Source: Eledone cirrhosa
Lineage: Eukaryota
Assembly (NCBI GenBank): GCA_964016885.1
Contig: OZ024741.1
Span: forward strand, 124,992,001 to 125,056,000
Direction: 5' to 3'
DNA length: 64,000 nt
The translations under genes and the position numbers were made by a program. This document shows, in pieces, positions 1 to 11,038 of the stretch (its first letter is position 1; each line of letters begins with the position of its first letter). The notes beneath the pieces were generated by a model. That model did no database searches. It was not told the origin of the DNA and saw nothing but the letters and a program-made list of their open reading frames with translations.

Positions 1-513
1 TGCTCTCAAAACTGACCAATGGGAAGTTTGACATTTTTTTATTTTGTTCCTTTACCATCTTATTCCTTCTACCACTTTATCGATTTTTTTTTAGCTAACT
101 CCAACAATAACAACACTACCAACACAAGAATAGAGGTCAGATGTACCTAACAATAACAAGAACAACAACTACAGATTGGCTTGCCTCAGAACGAATTTCT
201 ATAGACTTTTGAATGAGGAATGTTCTAACAACTGACCAATGAGAGGAGTAGAGGCCCTTTGACACTGAAATTCGTTTGTTTAAATTCATATGATTCCAGT
301 TCCTCAGTGAAATAACAACCCAACCAGGAACTGGGAATATCAGAGTATTGACAAAGTTATACACCTCAACAATATGTATACCCGTCTCTACCACACTAAT
401 TCGGACTGCCTGAAGAGGTCACAGCCAAAGATGGCTGTCACCGAAATATATATAGCAATATAGCAGTAATAAACGAAGCTAAATTTTAAACATTTGACTT
501 ATTTATTTTATTT

Positions 514-520
<7 letters not shown>
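1..520 (+). mobile_element. 3' end/pLTR remnant of a Penelope-like element
   Basis: Carries a hammerhead motif (405-467), then AATAAA and a T-rich tail running into (TA)n, the same layout as the other PLE ends in the window. No ORF is visible. Confidence 0.5.
405..467 (+). ncRNA. Type I hammerhead ribozyme motif
   Basis: ACTGC-CTGAAGA-stem II (GGTCACAGCCA aaga TGGCTGTCACC)-GAAA-TATATATAGCAATA-TA-GCAGT. Stem I is ACTGC/GCAGT. An 8-nt tandem duplication (ATATAGCA) lies in stem III. Confidence 0.75.
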
Positions 521-559
<39 letters not shown>

Positions 560-1168
560 AATATAAATATATGCTGAAAAGTTACCGGCTTTGGGTAACA
601 GAAAATACAGGAGGATCAGTTAATTATGATTTTATTCAACAATTCCACTCTCAGATTCACACATTTATTGCAGTAGTCCTACTTTTGCTTGTAAAGATAA
701 CAGTTCTACCATTTCGCGATACCCTTAAGCCAGTAACTTTTCAGCAAGCCGGTATATATATATATACATACGGAAAGGGTAAGAGACACATATAGATAGA
801 AAAGAGGATGTGAGAAAGAGGAGGGAAGAGAGAGAGTGTGACTCAAATGTCAGACCGGTAGACAAACGAAATAAGAAGAAGAAAAGTTTTAGCTAGTTAG
901 TTAGAGAGGGGGGTCGATAGAGTCAGAGCTGATGTAGTATGCCACTTTCTTTTTATAGATAGCATGAGGGAGGATGAAACAGTACAACTGTGCTATAAAT
1001 AGCAGTACATTGTCCTCCAACTTCCCCGGAAAATAAGTCGACAATGAGCTTGACGGAGGTCATATTAGTTAAAAACACGAAAAACCTTAATTATTATCAA
1101 TTTTATTTAGTATTATTTGTAGTCAAATTTCCTTTTTATATATATATATATTCTTCTTTCTTCTCATG

Positions 1169-1215
<47 letters not shown>

Positions 1216-3223
1216 GTAATGAAGATATAACACTTCGTCCTTTTTATTATTAGTAGTATTACACTCTGCTTGTTACAACGCAATATACCTACTGGAAACT
1301 ACGCATCGAGTGCTCACCGGTGAACCTACTGGGCATTACAATCCCTAAATATACACATATATATATATATATCTTTCCCTCTCTTTTCCTTCTATCTTTT
1401 TTTATTGTCTAACTTATTTTCCCCTAATCAGTGAAGTGCATTTACGTAATGCATCGTTAATGGTGTAGTTTTGCATTATCATCATTTCAGGTAGTAAACT
1501 CCATCCATCGCTGCTATTTCTGGAAATGTTTTACAAATTGAATCATCTCAACAGAGGTTTTCTCCACAGCGGTTTTGCTACTCCTCATATCAGCATGTAT
1601 TACTAGATTCATAGATGGGCTAATTATATTCTATTGTAGACATCATTAAACTGTTTTGATACCATTCCGACTGAAACCGCCTCTGGTCCTGCGATGAATC
1701 TATTTTAGAGTGTTTATATCTAGATAAAAACCTTCCATCATAATTTTGTGAATAATTTTTTGTTGTGTTCCAACTTAATGAAACAGTTATTTTACTTTAA
1801 CAAATTAATTTTTTTTAATTATTTTCAAAAGCAACTGAAACGCATTCAATGTATTTCAAGGGTGATCTTTGTCATGGCCTAGAATGTAAAGGTAACGAAA
1901 ACAGAAAAACAAACAATCAACCTTCCTCTACACAGAAATACGAAATTAACCTCGATATGATGTTGCTACGAAAATATGTGAGTACGCAACAAACGTTTCC
2001 AACAATGAGTATAATCATTATAAATGGTATTGCTTATTTTACAGCTTGAATTGCTTATTTTACAGCTTCTTTTATAGCTTCTTTACAAGAAGTTTGCTTT
2101 GCAATCATAAGTTCACATGTTAAACACCCACTGCCTAACATCTTGGGCAAATGTCATTTACCATAACTGCATGTCGACCCATTACTTGTTAATGTAATTA
2201 GATAAACAGAAACGGTTTGGAAGCGCTTCGGAGACTGTATCTCTATTTCAAAGGTCCACCTTTGACACTGACATTTATGTTGCATTTCCTGAAAATTATG
2301 TTAAAGTCACTCATGCATGTTTAATGTTCAGTTACTTTCATGTTAATTTTACGATGAGGACGTTCTGGAAGATGCATCGCCAAAATCGACGTATGGTCAT
2401 TCCATCTGATTTTATATACCAAAATTGTAAATATGATTATTGCGCATACAAAAACGCTAAGGAAGACTAAATCGATAAAGAAGTAACGTTAGAAATAGTA
2501 GCCAAACCTCCGTCGAATTGCACATCATCCTTTTTCAAAGAACGAACACATACGTAAATAAAAGGGTCAAAGCTAGAATGAGTTTTATATCATGTCTTCA
2601 CAATCAGGACTTATTAGGGTTAAACCACAAAAACAACTGGGTCAGTTGGTTTCAGAATAATGAAGCCTGTTTAACGAATATCTGTGCTATAACAAACATT
2701 CTATTTGAAAACGTGATGTACTTTCACATGCGCACACACACATAGATACAAATATAAACACATGCGCACGCACACACATATATACAAACTTCTACACACA
2801 AATATACTTGAAGCTTGTCTATATATGTGACTGTATATAATCCATATACCAAGCGCTCTTTGTTCTTCTACTCATTATGCAATTTTATACAATATCGTCA
2901 CTTAGATTCATCAGATCATCCGTCCGGAAAATATCGGTTAATGAGACAAAGAATTCAGCAATGGGTGTAGTTATCACTATGGAAGTTTTGATGAATAAGT
3001 TGAATTTAAAAGCTTTGCTTCCAGCCGACTGTTTATTACATGCACAAAAAAATAATGCAGTCATTCTTTGACACTAATTCTTGTTGCTAATGTAATATCA
3101 AAGAAAATGTTTAAACGACAAACACTATCTTTCTCTAGTTTTCTTGATTGCCGTCTCTACTTTTCACCACCTCTGTGTCTTTCTCTCTCACTTTCAATTT
3201 TTGTTTGTCTCTGACTGTATGTA

Positions 3224-3232
<9 letters not shown>

Positions 3233-3292
<60 letters not shown>

Positions 3293-3298
3293 CTGTGT

Positions 3299-3381
<83 letters not shown>

Positions 3382-3388
3382 TGTGTGT
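3233..3388. repeat. (TA)n-(TG)n compound microsatellite
   Basis: Read directly from the sequence; it explains the YIYI/CVCV/THTH ORFs here. Confidence 0.97.
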
Positions 3389-3646
3389 ATTTTCATAAAG
3401 CAAACAGAAATAACAAAGCAAACTAAACCAGGGGTATATATACACAAATATATAAATATATATATATAGAGAGAGAGAATTAGTATATTTACCAACATAT
3501 GCGTAAAGATGTACACTAATGCTAGCTAATACATAAATTATGTCATAGTACCTAGGTGGTTCAATGCAGGAGGATGCAGAACAATTATATGAAAGACGTA
3601 AAATAAGAACATTTTAAAAATTAAAAATTAACTTACTAAAATATTC

Positions 3647-3728
3647 ACTCCAACTAATTAGTTTCTGTAATGGGATAAAGATAGTTACGCAACGTAACTG
3701 TCGAGAATTCATTACGTCATCAGGGAGT
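3647..3728 (-). ncRNA. Type I hammerhead ribozyme motif (left arm)
   Basis: Minus strand reads ACTCC-CTGATGA-CGTAATG...CATTACA-GAAA-CTAATTAG-TT-GGAGT. Confidence 0.8.
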
Positions 3729-3818
3729 CCCCGCTAGCTGTTCCATCCACCGAATTATTATTATTTTTATATGAGTCCCTAGTGTCCGCGCATTGCCTGG
3801 AGACTTAGCAGAGAATAG

Positions 3819-3900
3819 ACTCCCTGATGACGTAATGAATTCTCGACAGTTACATTGCGTAACTATCTTTATCCCATTACAGAAACTAATTAGTTGGAGT
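3819..3900 (+). ncRNA. Type I hammerhead ribozyme motif (right arm)
   Basis: ACTCC-CTGATGA-cGTAATG..CATTACa-GAAA-CTAATTAG (palindromic stem III)-TT-GGAGT. Predicted cleavage triplet GUU. Confidence 0.8.
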
Positions 3901-3956
3901 GAAAATTTTAGTAAGTAAGTTAATTTTTAATTTTTTAAATTTTCTTATTTTACGTC

Positions 3957-3960
<4 letters not shown>

Positions 3961-4047
<87 letters not shown>

Positions 4048-4084
4048 CTATATATGTATATATATATATATTTGCTTGTGTGTG

Positions 4085-4119
<35 letters not shown>

Positions 4120-4207
4120 ATATTTGCTTGTGTGTGTGTGTATATATATATATATTTGCTTGTGCTTGTGTGTGTATTTAAATATATATATATATATATG
4201 TGTGTGT
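3961..4207. repeat. (TA)n and degenerate TA/TG microsatellite
   Basis: Read directly from the sequence. Confidence 0.95.
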
Positions 4208-5538
4208 GGGGGGAGGGGAGTTTTATTGTAGCACAATAAAGCAATGCAAATATTGGATAAGTAGCACTCTACAGTTTGTAGAGGATAAATTTCAAGGATC
4301 ACAAAAGTAATTTTCGAACGGAACTGCCTGTTAGACTAATCGCCCCCTATAAATCAGATCTGGGGTTGTTAGTAAAGCCATCGTGGATAGAATTATCCCA
4401 CAGGTTCGTTCTAATTGCTCTATTTCTAACTTAAATTTATGGTCTGGTACATCTGAAGTAATTGGCTGGTTCAACAACCTGAATAAGAAAAACAAACACA
4501 AATTTATTCAATTTGATATTGCCAGCTACTATTCTTCTATTTCGCCTTCACTTCTCAACAATGCTCTATCTTTCGCATTTAAATATTCTGACATCACCAC
4601 AGATGAACTTTACATCATTCTCACCGCAAGAAAAACTATCTTAGATATCAACAATGAATACTGGACTAGAGCCGATACTTCCAACAACTTTGATATCACA
4701 ATAGGTGCTTCCGATTCATCGCAATTGACTGATTTGATTGGTATTTTTATTTTGAATTCTTTAAATCGGAAAATTCCTCAACTTCGCGGTGGAATTTATG
4801 GTGACGATGGACTTTTTACTATCTTAAACTGCAACTTAGTTAACCTTAATATTATTAAGAACAATATAAGTGATCTCTTTAAGCAACATTGAATTTGATA
4901 ACCACGTCAAACTAGCTAACTTCTTGGATATATCCCTTAATCTTGATACTGGCCTATATTACCCTTACCATAAAAACAATGAGAATCTAAATTATGTTAA
5001 TTTTAAATCTAACCACCCCACTAACATTAGTCAGTAATATTGGAAAAATAATCTCAAACCTATCCTCTAATAAAGATATCTTCGATGCTAACGCCAATTA
5101 CTATAATAATGCGCTTTCTAAAGTCGGTTATCCTGATAAAATTAAATACAGTAAAGAAACCAATCCTAGAAGGTCTTACAGTAAAATAATTAATTATGAA
5201 CATTCCAATAACTTAAATAAAAGACCTAGATACAAAAATATAATCTGGTATAATGCTCCTTTCTCTGTTTCTATTAATAATAATATTCCTAAACTATTCT
5301 TTAGGGCTTCCCTCCCTCACATATCTATAGTAAAATCTTTAACAAACATACAATAAAATGTTCTTATTCCACCTCTTCCAACATCTCTAACATTATCTCT
5401 AAACACAACAATAAAATATTAAATAAATCACATCCTTCCAACACTGAGCGTCATAATAATAGCAGTAGTACTCCCGACGCCATTGTTAACTCTAGGCTAG
5501 ATTCTGTAAACTTAAATACGACGTCAAACGTAACTTCG

Positions 5539-6099
5539 TTGAATGTTCATAATACCAATCTAAATAAGGAAACTATTATTCCTATCGTAAATAACTTCTC
5601 CAATCCAATTCCTTCTATAAATAACACTAGGTCACTTGTTAATAACTCTGTTAATTTCTTTAATCGTAATTGTAATTGCCCTGTGAGAACTAAATGTCCT
5701 CTTAATAACCATTGTCTTGATAAAAACTTAGTCTATGAATATAAGGTTATAAATGATACCAATTCCTTTACCTATTTTGGTTCCACCTCCACTTCCTTCA
5801 AAGCTAGATTTTATAATCACAATTCGTCTTTTAGATACCAACTTAAAAGAACTAACACGGCACTCTCGGAACTCATATGGTCCTTGAAAGACAAAAATAT
5901 TAACTGTAACATCTCTTGGAGGAAGGTTTGTTCTGCCTTTCCTTACCTGAATTCTTCCCTATCCAGAAATTGTAATCTCTGCCTAGTCAAGAAATTTACC
6001 ATTATATCTAATTTCCATTCTATAATAAATAGACGCACGGATTTATTTTCTCTCTGCTTGCATAAATTCCACAGAACATTCCATAAAGTATACAGCTAA
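5539..6099 (+). pseudogene. PLE GIY-YIG endonuclease domain fragment
   Basis: NLVYEYKV..TYFGSTSTSFKARFYNHNSSF..TALSELIWSLKD..CNLC. Confidence 0.85.
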
Positions 6100-6359
6100 T
6101 ATCTCAATACCTTACTAGTTTAAAATCCTTTTTCTCAAAGGCTTTTATATCTTTTACAATATTATATATTATATAATACAATTTACTCATTCTATATAAT
6201 TCCTCTTTATCATTTTCCTTTCTTCCTTTTTTCTTTTTAATTTCTAACCTCTAATCTGTACTTTTTCTTCCCAACTACTTCTCAATTCTTATTATTACTC
6301 ACCACAACATTATCCATTCTTCCATCTTTCCTCATATCATTGGCCATAAAAATTATTTT

Positions 6360-6720
6360 TTTTAATACATTATAGTATTACCATTATAAGTCCTTCGTAA
6401 ACATATAATTTTTTGACGTTAGATTTTTTTCTTCCTTAAATTTTTCTTATCTCCTCCATCCTTTCATGCTCGTTTTAAACTACTACTTAATTTTACCTTT
6501 ACATATTACAATACATAAAAACAAACTTAAACCCTAACCAATTTATTTTAATATATTATATTATTACCATTAGAAAATATTTCGTAAACATATATACTTT
6601 TTGATGTTAGATATTTTCTTCCTTAAACATTCTTTTCTTCTTTTCCTGCCGCGCTCATTTTAAACAAATTATTTACGTACACATATTACATTACATAAAA
6701 ACAATCTTAAACCCTAACTA
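6360..6720 (+). repeat. Diverged tandem duplication (~180-bp unit) in the PLE 3' region
   Basis: ATTACCATTA..TTCGTAAACATATA..GTTAGAT..CTTCCTTAAA..CTTAAACCCTAAC occurs twice. Confidence 0.75.
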
Positions 6721-7210
6721 ATTCCTCTAAATTCATAACTCATTCATTCTTCTCCTTCTTTTCACATTATATCCTTAATAACATTAATATTTTTATTTTA
6801 ATAATACATATTAATAAATTCTTTTCCTCGCACTTCAATATACAAACCTTAATTTAATACTATTCTTAATTCCTTTTTCTTCATGCATAAACCTCATTAA
6901 CTTTTAATTTCAAAATCTTTTAAATTATCTATTATCTTCCAACGACTTTTTAATTTCTCTCTGTGAGACAATATTTTTTTTTCTCAGTTGTAAAGGCAAT
7001 CTCACTCTCTCTATCACCCATCTCTCCTCCTCTCTCATCCTTCCTTCTTATACTCCTCCCCCACCATCCTTTACTCTCATATCTTCCTCTTCCTTACCTT
7101 TTCCACCCACCACCTCACTTTTTCCCAATCTCATCTTAATTTATTTTTCATATGTTGATTTAAAACTTTACTATTCACAAGTGTTTTTTAAGCTTCATAT
7201 CATGTCTCCC

Positions 7211-7281
7211 TATTTTATCTGATGACAACGCAGATATCATCCCATGATGATATTTGTTATTGAAATGCGCATAATAAAATA
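7211..7281 (+). ncRNA. Type I hammerhead ribozyme at the PLE 3' end
   Basis: TATTTTAT-CTGATGA-CAAcGCAGATATCAT cccatg ATGATATTTGTtaTT-GAAA-TGCGCA (palindrome)-TA-ATAAAATA. Stem I is 8 bp. Confidence 0.85.
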
Positions 7282-7350
7282 CTTGGAAATCTTTTAACCA
7301 TCTTTTGATCTTATATTATATATATATATAGAGAGAGATAGATAGATAGG

Positions 7351-7605
7351 TAAATTTCTTTATTAGCCACAAGGGCACAAAAGAAGGGGACAAATACAAA
7401 TGGGGAGTTTACATACAGGTATATGAAAATAAAACTATTAATAAAATAACAAATAACAATTGATATGCCCAATAGGGGGAGGTGTTACACAGGGGTTGTA
7501 CACACCCCGAAAAAATGTACAACCCTCATCTCTAGGAGCACCAAGAGTGAGTACTCCCTTCCTCTTCCTCTTTTTCCTCAACCTACAGGCTTATATAGAG
7601 AGAAA

Positions 7606-7606
<1 letters not shown>
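7351..7606 (-). mobile_element. Tx1 family B 3'-end fragment
   Basis: Near-identical to 56952-57207 (3' UTR ending CCCTTGTGGCTAATAAAGAAATTT). Abuts (GATA)n. Confidence 0.9.
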
Positions 7607-7685
<79 letters not shown>

Positions 7686-7690
<5 letters not shown>

Positions 7691-8832
7691 CAGGAAAGAA
7701 GATTGACATGGTTTGCTATACAAAAAAGGTTTTTAATCTCATTGCTGACAATTGTTTCTCTGAACTGGTAGGTCTAGAGATCGCTATTCGCTTGTTTTCA
7801 CGTTACTCGATCGCCAATACAAAATTATAATCAGTCAGTTCTTCGGAGCATGCGAGAATGAAGAGGATATACAGGCACGAAAGGAATATACAGGTTACTA
7901 TATGAAGTAGTAATGGCATTCAGTTAGAACAATAACAACAATTACAACAATGCTAGTAATAAATTATTTGAGGAGACCCTGACATTACATTAGGTGGGGG
8001 GTATAGTGTATCTAAGATTTCGGCGTGTAAAACTAGCTGACATGAAGCAGAAGTATAAGGTTGACATGTAAGGAGTGTCGTAGGGTGTATTATATCAATT
8101 TTAAAGATAAGCCGGTGTTTATCAACAATATATATATACACACGCATGTGTACATAGACACATCAATATACACTCGTACAAATACATACATATATGCAAA
8201 GAGATAAACGCGCTGACTGTAATTATGGCAAAAGGAAGGTAAAGTTACATTGTAGTAGTGATTTGAGAAATTCTAGGATTTAGGATCAAGTGATGGCAGC
8301 AACTGAGAAGGAATAAGTTTATGGGTTGATGAGGTACTTACAGACATTTGTGTGGTATAGAACTGCGAAGGCTAGAGTGTACTTAATGAGTATATTTCTG
8401 TGGTGATTTATGCAGGGTAGTGGGTATCCTAGTTTAAAGCTATGTTATGTTGGTTCGATTCACAGAGGTTTGAATCTTATGAATTTAGTGGCAATTCTAT
8501 GTCTGCAGAAGATAGATCTTTCTAACTTATTGTTAAGTAGCCTTTTTACATTTTTGAGGATATACATTAGTTCTAGATCACATAGCCCGCAGTGGGACAT
8601 ACCTGTACTATAGGTTTTAGCAGCCGACAACTTCGACCAGTTAATACTGTAGTTAGTGTTGTTGTCCTTCAATTCCCATATTTTTTTGGCGAGGGTTGTG
8701 GAACCTATAAGTGCACAGTTTTTCATCGAGTGCCTGTGCATATACCATCTTTTTTTAAAAGAACCCGCGGTGGATCCTATGTAATTCCAGGTGGAGTTAT
8801 CCGAGTTGACCGTGCACATGTGCACTAGGCTC

Positions 8833-8835
<3 letters not shown>
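7686..8835 (-). mobile_element. Penelope-like element 3' fragment (GIY-YIG ORF 8460-8825 + 3' region)
   Basis: NYIGSTAGSFKKRWYMH..STTLAKKIWELKD..CGLCDLE..LNNKLE..CRH. Flanked by (TA)n on both sides. Confidence 0.88.
7740..7852 (-). ncRNA. Degenerate hammerhead motif with enlarged stem II
   Basis: Minus strand reads CATGCT-CCGAAGA (U4C variant)-ACTG...CAGTTCAGA-GAAA-CAATTG-TC-AGCAATG. Confidence 0.6.
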
Positions 8836-8904
<69 letters not shown>

Positions 8905-8914
<10 letters not shown>

Positions 8915-9438
8915 TGCCCCCTCGTTATCGAGTATGGCCATTGCACCATATACCATTATTAATAATTATTAATTAATTCTATTGTGTAATGCCTGTGTGT
9001 GAAGATATTTTTTAAAGTGAGGAAAGACTGTGCACTGAGCCAATCCCACTCTCTGAGCGACAATAGCTATAACGCGAAAAGAAGAAAAGATCAACATCAT
9101 CGGTAACTACTGAGCCGCAGGTTTTATATCGGAGTTATCCTAGTTTCCTGAGTTGCTATCTCCTAGAAGAATGCCCTGACAAATGCTAGGGGTCCTTCAC
9201 TCCCGGTGGTTTTACCGCGTGGTACATGTGTATATACATATTTACACACTTTTGGATGGCCGTTGACTCTTATGAGTTCTTCCACTCTTTGTCAGGTTTT
9301 GTCTTTTGCCCTGCAGGATGTCCAAAATCACCCTCCTCACCAAGTAAACTTGGTGGGGTTGCCGGTTTAGTCGCCGACGACCATGCGACAGGATGTACTG
9401 GGTTACATGTTACCAGTAGCACTGATGTGTGACCCGAC
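8905..9438 (-). mobile_element. Two GC-richer non-coding repeat fragments resembling RTE-type LINE leader sequence
   Basis: GC-richer blocks between (TA)n tracts, with a GTCG..GGCGACTAA motif on the minus strand. The family assignment comes from recalled similarity only. Confidence 0.35.
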
Positions 9439-9463
9439 ATATATATATATATATACGCGCATA

Positions 9464-9516
<53 letters not shown>

Positions 9517-9781
9517 ACACGCATGCACACACGGATGCACACACTTGCATACACACAAATATATATATATATTTATATATATTCCTTTATGCTACTCGAG
9601 TTTCATTCCACAGTGATCTTCGGATGAGAAGTATTATTGTTTGATGTATCTGATATTCTATTGCCATCAATGTGGTGTTTGTCTTATCGCTTTCTGAATC
9701 TATAGCTTCCAGAATATACGAACAATATAACTTTTCACCTGAAGATCACAATGGTGTTAAACTCGAGTAACGAAAATAACA

Positions 9782-9862
9782 TACTGGGTGGCCAAAACGT
9801 CACCAGACAATTCCATATATGTTATAATTTGAAATGAGATAGTGACTTTGGGATACCCTATG
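9782..9862. mobile_element. Possible short Tc1/mariner-type MITE remnant
   Basis: TACTGGGTGGCCAAAACGTCAC and GTGACTTTGGGATACCCTAT form imperfect terminal inverted repeats. Confidence 0.35.
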
Positions 9863-9878
9863 CTATGGGATACCCTAT

Positions 9879-9960
9879 CAGGCATGGGCAACCTTTTTTT
9901 TTTTAGAAGCAGGCCGCATGAGATATGCCTCATCATCAGGCGGGCCGCAAGCGCTAATTT
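9879..9960 (+). mobile_element. hAT (Charlie/Buster-like) transposon end
   Basis: CAGGCATGGGCAACCTTTTT followed by repeated GGCCGCA subterminal motifs. The opposite end was not found. Confidence 0.55.
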
Positions 9961-10779
9961 ACATTCGTGCCTACATTTAAAAAAGGGCGGTATCTCAGGT
10001 TGTTTTGATTTGTTTCTTCAGAATTCGTACACGTTGTTTTCCTCGAACGTAAAAAAGATAGAAAGATAAATTACGACTGAAAAGTTGGGGTGAAAAAATT
10101 GGAAAGATTTCACTTAGCTGACTTAGGCGAGCCATCTTGTCCTGGGTGTCACATACTCATTTTTTTTTTTTTTTTTTTTTCTAAATCTACGTCTAAAATA
10201 TTTTTATATGGCCTGTTCTGAAGACGTGTAAATCGAGGTAAGTCACACCGTTAGGTGTGATAAAATTAGGCCAGATAAAATTATTGTAATCCAAGATACG
10301 AGGTTATGCATGTGTGTGTATGTGTGTATGGATACGTGTAAGTGTGCATGGGTGTGTGTGTCTATGTGTGTGCCTGTTTGTTGGAACTCCGTCCCTTCCG
10401 ACGTCATGTGATCCAGTCATTTGATCAACGGAACAACCCAACCTGCTCGTGAAATTATCGTGTAAGTGGCTGATTTTTCTACAGACACGTGTGTATTTAA
10501 TTCTGATTGTCCCTACATCACTACTTTTGAAAATTGTGGCCTGTATTTTGAGGGAGATTTAGCTGCAATGTGTAGCACGTTGAGTCATCACGAACAGTTT
10601 CACCGCTTATTAGTTATTAGTGTAGGTGTTTTAGGTTTTTGGAACCAAGATAATATTTTTTAAATTCATATTTTATGATCAAAGAATTCCAAAGAGATCT
10701 TTGTTATTCATTTGAATATTTCCTTCAGTTTTTGTTGTTGCTATCATCGTCATCCACATCATAATCATCACTATCATCA

Positions 10780-10823
<44 letters not shown>

Positions 10824-11038
10824 GAATGCCATGGTTGACGGAGGCTCGGCTCTGTAAGGTATAGTAATTTTTAACCGTTAAAACAATTGTAAATTGTTTA
10901 AAACTTGAACCAAATTGTTGATAAAGACACCCTCCTCCTCGTGAGAGGGGTCTTTCTGTCCGTTATTTGGCCCTTCGGGGTTAAATAACCAGTTATTGGG
11001 GTTTTGTACCCAATATTCATTTTAAACAAAAAAACAAC

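Larger units (their letters stand above)
3586..3965. repeat. Inverted repeat with ~145-bp arms (3586-3729 and 3818-3965) and ~88-bp spacer
   Basis: The arms are near-identical reverse complements. Both end in TATA or (TA)n on the outside. Confidence 0.93.
4290..7312 (+). mobile_element. 5'-truncated, frameshifted Penelope-like retroelement (Naiad-like): RT + GIY-YIG endonuclease + long 3' region
   Basis: KDHKSNF..PVRLIAPYKSDLG at ~4295. RT motifs QFDIASYYSSI, IGASDSSQLTDLIG and GIYGDDG in 4383-4892, followed by NFLDISLNL..SNHP. ORF 5539-6099 has CNC..CPL..C, LVY..YFGST..FKARFYNH, CNLC and CLH. A hammerhead lies at 7211 and the element ends in (TA)n. Confidence 0.9.

Noticed and set aside
3144-4302. 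ORFs with YIYI/CVCV/THTH runs (also near 7460, 9270, 38857, 44560, 49768, 55217)
   Set aside because: They are translations of dinucleotide microsatellites.
4383-6099. Selenocysteine recoding as reported for some Naiad PLEs
   Set aside because: The conserved Cys positions use TGT/TGC, the TGA at 4890 coincides with a deletion/frameshift, and I recognised no SECIS.
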